This document shows, piece after piece, positions 58,401-64,000 of a stretch of DNA of 64,000 bases (within the stretch, counting starts at the first letter, position 1; every line of letters begins with the position of its first letter). A program made the position numbers and the translations under genes. This DNA comes from Eledone cirrhosa (taxonomy: Eukaryota). The notes under the pieces are model-generated. The model did not search any database. It saw nothing but the letters and a program-made list of their open reading frames with translations, and was not told the DNA's origin. Where the stretch lies: contig OZ024748.1 in the NCBI GenBank assembly GCA_964016885.1, positions 8,432,001-8,496,000 of the forward strand. The letters are read 5' to 3'.

Positions 58401-61400
58401 TTGGTGTTGTAGTCTCTCCCCTCAAGACAGTGGGGGTGGTATTGGTGTTGTAGTCTCTCCTCTCAAGACAGTGGGGGTGGTATTGGTGTTGTAGTCTCTC
58501 CTCTCAAGACAGTGGGGGTGGTATTGGTGTTGTAGTCTCTCCCCACAAGACAGTGGGGGGTGGTATTGGTGTTGTAGTCTCTCCTCTCAAGACAGTGGGG
58601 GTGGTATTGGTGGTGTAGTCTCTCCCCACAAGACAGTGGGGGTGGTATTGGTGTTGTAGTCTCTCCTCTCAAGACAGTGGGGGTGGTATTGGTGTTGTAG
58701 TCTCTCCCCACAAGACAGTGGGGGTGGTATTGGTGTTGTAGTCTCTCCTCTCAAGACAGTGGGGGTGGTATTGGTGTTGTAGTCTCTCCCCACAAGACAG
58801 TGGGGGTGGTATTGGTGTTGTAGTCTCTCCCTACAAGACAGTGGGGGTGGTATTGGTGTTGTAGTCTCTCCCTACAAGACAGTGGGGGTGGTATTGGTGT
58901 TGTAGTCTCTCCTCTCAAGACAGTGGGGGTGGTATTGGTGTTGTAGTCTCTCCCCACAAGAAAGTGGGGGTGGTATTGGTGTTGTAGTCTCTCCCTACAA
59001 GACAGTGGGGGTGGTATTGGTGTTGTAGTCTCTCCTCTCAAGACAGTGGGGGTGGTATTGGTGTTGTAGTCTCTCCACACAAGACAGTGGGGGTGGTATT
59101 GGTGTTGTAGTCTCTCCTCTCAAGACAGTGGGGGTGGTATTGGTGTTGTAGTCTCTCCTCTCAAGACAGTGGGGGTGGTATTGGTGTTGTAGTCTCTCCC
59201 CACAAGACAGTGGGGGTGGTATTGGTGTTGTAGTCTCTCCTCTCAAGACAGTGGGGGTGGTATTGGTGTTGTAGTCTCTCCACACAAGACAGTGGGGGTG
59301 GTATTGGTGTTGTAGTCTCTCCTCTCAAGACAGTGGGGGTGGTATTGGTGTTGTAGTCTCTCCCCTCAAGACAGTGGGGGTGGTATTGGTGTTGTAGTCT
59401 CTCCTCTCAAGACAGTGGGTGTGGTATTGGTGTTGTAGTCTCTCCTCTCAAGACAGTGGGGGTGGTATTAGTGTTGTAGTCTGTCCCCACAAGACAGTGG
59501 GGGTGGTATTGGTGTTGTAGTCTCTCCTCTCAAGACAGTGGGGGTGGTATTGGTGTTGTAGTCTCTCCTCTCAAGACAGTGGGGGTGGTATTAGTGTTGT
59601 AGTCTGTCCCCACAAGACAGTGGGGGTGGTATTGGTGTTGTAGTCTCTCCTCTCAAGACAGTGGGGGTGGTATTGGTGTTGTAGTCTCTCCTCTCAAGAC
59701 AGTGGGGGTGGTATTAGTGTTGTAGTCTGTCCCCACAAGACAGTGGGGGTGGTATTGGTGTTGTAGTCTCTCCTCTCAAGACAGTGGGGGTGGTATTGGT
59801 GTTGTTGTCTCTCCCCACAAGACAGTGGGGGTGGTATTGGTGTTGTAGTCTCTCCCTACAAGACAGTGGGGGTGGTATTGGTGTTGTAGTCTCTCCCTAC
59901 AAGACAGTGGGGGTGGTATTGGTGTTGTAGTCTCTCCTCTCAAGACAGTGGGGGTGGTATTGGTGTTGTAGTCTCTCCCCACAAGAAAGTGGGGGTGGTA
60001 TTGGTGTTGTAGTCTCTCCCTACAAGACAGTGGGGGTGGTATTGGTGTTGTAGTCTCTCCTCTCAAGACAGTGGGGGTGGTATTGGTGTTGTAGTCTCTC
60101 CACACAAGACAGTGGGGGTGGTATTGGTGTTGTAGTCTCTCCTCTCAAGACAGTGGGGGTGGTATTGGTGTTGTAGTCTCTCCTCTCAAGACAGTGGGGG
60201 TGGTATTGGTGTTGTAGTCTCTCCCCACAAGACAGTGGGGGTGGTATTGGTGTTGTAGTCTCTCCTCTCAAGACAGTGGGGGTGGTATTGGTGTTGTAGT
60301 CTCTCCACACAAGACAGTGGGGGTGGTATTGGTGTTGTAGTCTCTCCTCTCAAGACAGTGGGGGTGGTATTGGTGTTGTAGTCTCTCCTCTCAAGACAGT
60401 GGGGGTGGTATTGGTGTTGTAGTCTCTCCTCTCAAGACAGTGGGGGTGGTATTAGTGTTGTAGTCTCTCCCCACAAGACAGTGGGGGTGGTATTGGTGTT
60501 GTAGTCTCTCCCCACAAGACAGTGGGGGTGGTATTGGTGTTGTAGTCTCTCCCTACAAGACAGTGGGGGTGGTATTGGTGTTGTAGTCTCTCCTCTCAAG
60601 ACAGTGGGGGTGGTATTGGTGTTGTAGTCTCTCCCCACAAGAAAGTGGGGGTGGTATTGGTGTTGTAGTCTGTCCCCTCAAGACAGTGGGGGGTGGTATT
60701 GGTGTTGTAGTCTCTCCCTACAAGACAGTGGGGGTGGTATTGGTGTTGTAGTCTCTCCTCTCAAGACAGTGGGGGTGGTATTGGTGTTGTAGTCTCTCCT
60801 CTCAAGACAGTGGGGGTGGTATTGGTGTTGTAGTCTCTCCCCACAGGACAGTGGGGGTGGTATTGGTGTTGTAGTCTCTCCCCACAAGAAAGTGGGGGTG
60901 GTATTGGTGTTGTAGTCTGTCCCCTCAAGACAGTGGGGGTGGTATTGGTGTTGTAGTCTCTCCCCACAAGAAAGTGGGGGTGGTATTGGTGTTGTAGTCT
61001 CTCCTCTCAAGACAGTGGGGGTGGTATTGGTGTTGTAGTCTCTCCCCACAGGACAGTGGGGGTGGTATTGGTGTTGTAGTCTCTCCCCACAAGAAAGTGG
61101 GGGTGGTATTGGTGTTGTAGTCTCTCCTCTCAAGACAGTGGGGGTGGTATTGGTGTTGTAGTCTCTCCCCACAGGACAGTGGGGGTGGTATTGGTGTTGT
61201 AGTCTCTCCCCACAAGAAAGTGGGGGTGGTATTGGTGTTGTAGTCTCTCCCCACAAGAAAGTGGGGGTGGTATTGGTGTTGTAGTCTGTCCCCTCAAGAC
61301 AGTGGGGGTGGTATTGGTGTTGTAGTCTCTCCTCTCAAGACAGTGGGGGTGGTATTGGTGTTGTAGTCTCTCCCCACAAGAAAGTGGGGGTGGTATTGGT

Positions 61401-64000
61401 GTTGTAGTCTCTCCCTACAAGACAGTGGGGGTGGTATTGGTGTTGTAGTCTCTCCTCTCAAGACAGTGGGGGTGGTATTGGTGTTGTAGTCTGTCCCCTC
61501 AAGACAGTGGGGGTGGTATTGGTGTTGTAGTCTCTCCTCTCAAGACAGTGGGGGTGGTATTGGTGTTGTAGTCTCTCCCCACAAGACAGTGGGGGTGGTA
61601 TTGGTGTTGTAGTCTCTCCCTACAAGACAGTGGGGGTGGTATTGGTGTTGTAGTCTCTCCTCTCAAGACAGTGGGGGTGGTATTGGTGTTGTAGTCTCTC
61701 CCCACAAGACAGTGGGGGTGGTATTAGTGTTGTAGTCTCTCCCCACAAGACAGTGGGGGTGGTATTGGTGTTGTAGTCTCTCCCCACAAGACAGTGGGGG
61801 TGGTATTGGTGGTGTAGTCTCTCCCCACAAGACAGTGGGGGTGGTATTGGTGTTGTAGTCTCTCCCTACAAGACAGTGGGGGTGGTATTGGTGTTGTAGT
61901 CTCTCCTCTCAAGACAGTGGGGGTGGTATTGGTGTTGTAGTCTCTCCCCACAAGAAAGTGGGGGTGGTATTGGTGTTGTAGTCTCTCCCTACAAGACAGT
62001 GGGTGTGGTATTGGTGTTGTAGTCTCACCCCACAAGACAGTGGGGGTGGTATTGGTGTTGTAGTCTCTCCCCTCAAGACAGTGGGGGTGGTATTGGTGTT
62101 GTAGTCTCTCCTCTCAAGACAGTGGGGGTGGTATTGGTGTTGTAGTCTCTCCCCACAGGACAGTGGGGGTGGTATTGGTGTTGTAGTCTCTCCCCTCAAG
62201 ACAGTGGGGGTGGTATTGGTGTTGTAGTCTCTCCTCTCAAGACAGTGGGGGTGGTATTGGTGTTGTAGTCTCTCCTCTCAAGACAGTGGGGGTGGTATTG
62301 GTGTTGTAGTCTCTCCCCACAAGACAGTGGGGGTGGTATTGGTGTTGTAGTCTCTCCTCTCAAGACAGTGGGGGTGGTATTGGTGTTGTAGTCTCTCCTC
62401 TCAAGACAGTGGGGGTGGTATTGGTGTTGTAGTCTCTCCTCTCAAGACAGTGGGGGTGGTATTGGTGTTGTAGTCTCTCTCCTCAAGACAGTGGGGGTGG
62501 TATTGGTGTTGTAGTCTCTCCCCACAAGACAGTGGGGGGTGGTATTGGTGTTGTAGTCTCTTCCCACAAGACAGTGGGGGTGGTATTGGTGTTGTAGTCT
62601 CTCCTCTCAAGACAGTGGGGGTGGTATTGGTGTTGTAGTCTCTTCCCACAAGACAGTGGGGTTGGTATTGGTGTTGTAGTCTCTCCCCTCAAGACAGTGG
62701 GGGTGGTATTGGTGTTGTAGTCTCACCCCACAAGACAGTGGAGGTGGTATTGGTGTTGTAGTCTCTCCTCTCAAGACAGTGGGGGTGGTATTGGTGTTGT
62801 AGTCTCTCCCCACAAGACAGTGGAGGTGGTATTGGTGTTGTAGTCTCTCCCCACAAGACAGTGGAGGTGGTATGGTGTTGTAGTCTCTCCTCTCAAGACA
62901 GTGGGGGTGGTATTGGTGTTGTAGTCTCTCCCCTCAAGACAGTGGGGGTGGTATTGGTGTTGTAGTCTCACCCCACAAGACAGTGGAGGTGGTATTGGTG
63001 TTGTAGTCTCTCCTCTCAAGACAGTGGGGGTGGTATTGGTGTTGTAGTCTCTTCCCACAAGACAGTGGGGGTGGTATTGGTGTTGTAGTCTCTCCCCTCA
63101 AGACAGTGGGGGTGGTATTGGTGTTGTAGTCTCTCCTCTCAAGACAGTGGGGGTGGTATTGGTGTTGTAGTCTCTCCCCTCAAGACAGTGGGGGTGGTAT
63201 TGGTGTTGTAGTCTCTCCCCACAAGACAGTGGGGGTGGTATTGGTGTTGTACTCTCTCCCCACAAGAAAGTGGGGGTGGTATTGGTGTTGTAGTCTCTCC
63301 CTACAAGACAGTGGGGGTGGTATTGGTGTTGTAGTCTCACCCCACAAGACAGTGGGGGTGGTATTGGTGTTGTAGTCTCTCCCCTCAAGACAGTGGGGGT
63401 GGTATTGGTGTTGTAGTCTCTCCCCTCAAGACAGTGGGGGTGGTATTGGTGTTGTAGTCTCTCCTCTCAAGACAGTGGGGGTGGTATTGGTGTTGTAGTC
63501 TCTCCACACAGGACAGTGGGGGTGGTATTGGTGTTGTAGTCTCTCCCCACAAGACAGTGGGGGTGGTATTGGTGTTGTAGTCTCTCCCCTCAAGACAGTG
63601 GGGTGGTATTGGTGTTGTAGTCTCTCCTCTCAAGACAGTGGGGGTGGTATTGGTGTTGTAGTCTCTCCTCTCAAGACAGTGGGGGTGGTATTGGTGTTGT
63701 AGTCTCTCCCCACAAGACAGTGGGGGTGGTATTGGTGTTGTAGTCTCTCCTCTCAAGACAGTGGGGGTGGTATTGGTGTTGTAGTCTCTCCTCTCAAGAC
63801 AGTGGGGGTGGTATTGGTGTTGTAGTCTCTCCTCTCAAGACAGTGGGGGTGGTATTGGTGTTGTAGTCTCTCCCCTCAAGACAGTGGGGGTGGTATTGGT
63901 GTTGTAGTCTCTCCCCACAAGACAGTGGGGGTGGTATTGGTGTTGTAGTCTCTCCTCTCAAGACAGTGGGGGTGGTATTGGTGTTGTAGTCTCTCCCCTC
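55428..64000. repeat. 41-bp satellite (ggtattggtgttgtagtctctccccacaagacagtgggggt), >200 copies, runs off the window end
   Basis: Continuous tandem array; each unit contains a ccccac-aagaca-gtgggg hairpin. Confidence 0.97.

Noticed and set aside
55361-63756. Repetitive ORFs with C/H motifs (CGERLQHQYHPHC) resembling zinc-finger arrays or mucins
   Set aside because: The 41-bp period is not a multiple of 3, all frames cycle, and there is no C2H2 spacing. It is satellite DNA.

Overview
AT-rich, microsatellite-saturated eukaryotic non-coding DNA. The (TA)n density and SINE types suggest a cephalopod such as Octopus (inference). No intact host protein-coding gene is supported; nearly all listed ORFs are translations of simple repeats. 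Recognisable content: (1) a decayed, 5'-truncated R4/Dong-like non-LTR retrotransposon (RT, CCHC, restriction-like endonuclease) with (TATG)n on both flanks; (2) an L1/Tx1-like RT fragment; (3) many tRNA-derived SINEs; (4) a 26-bp minisatellite and a >8.5-kb 41-bp hairpin-forming satellite with a 1025-bp higher-order duplication. The main hidden signal is a set of short (150-570 bp), sequence-diverse non-coding elements, mostly embedded in (TA)n tracts. They carry minimal type-I hammerhead ribozyme motifs (CTGANGA-stem II-GAAA-short or palindromic stem III-NTH-stem I), often form fold-back palindromes with a one-sided tail, and several share a TYGAGTAC tail motif. They look like Penelope-like/retrozyme-type elements that target TA microsatellites. 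All alignments and folds were done by eye.
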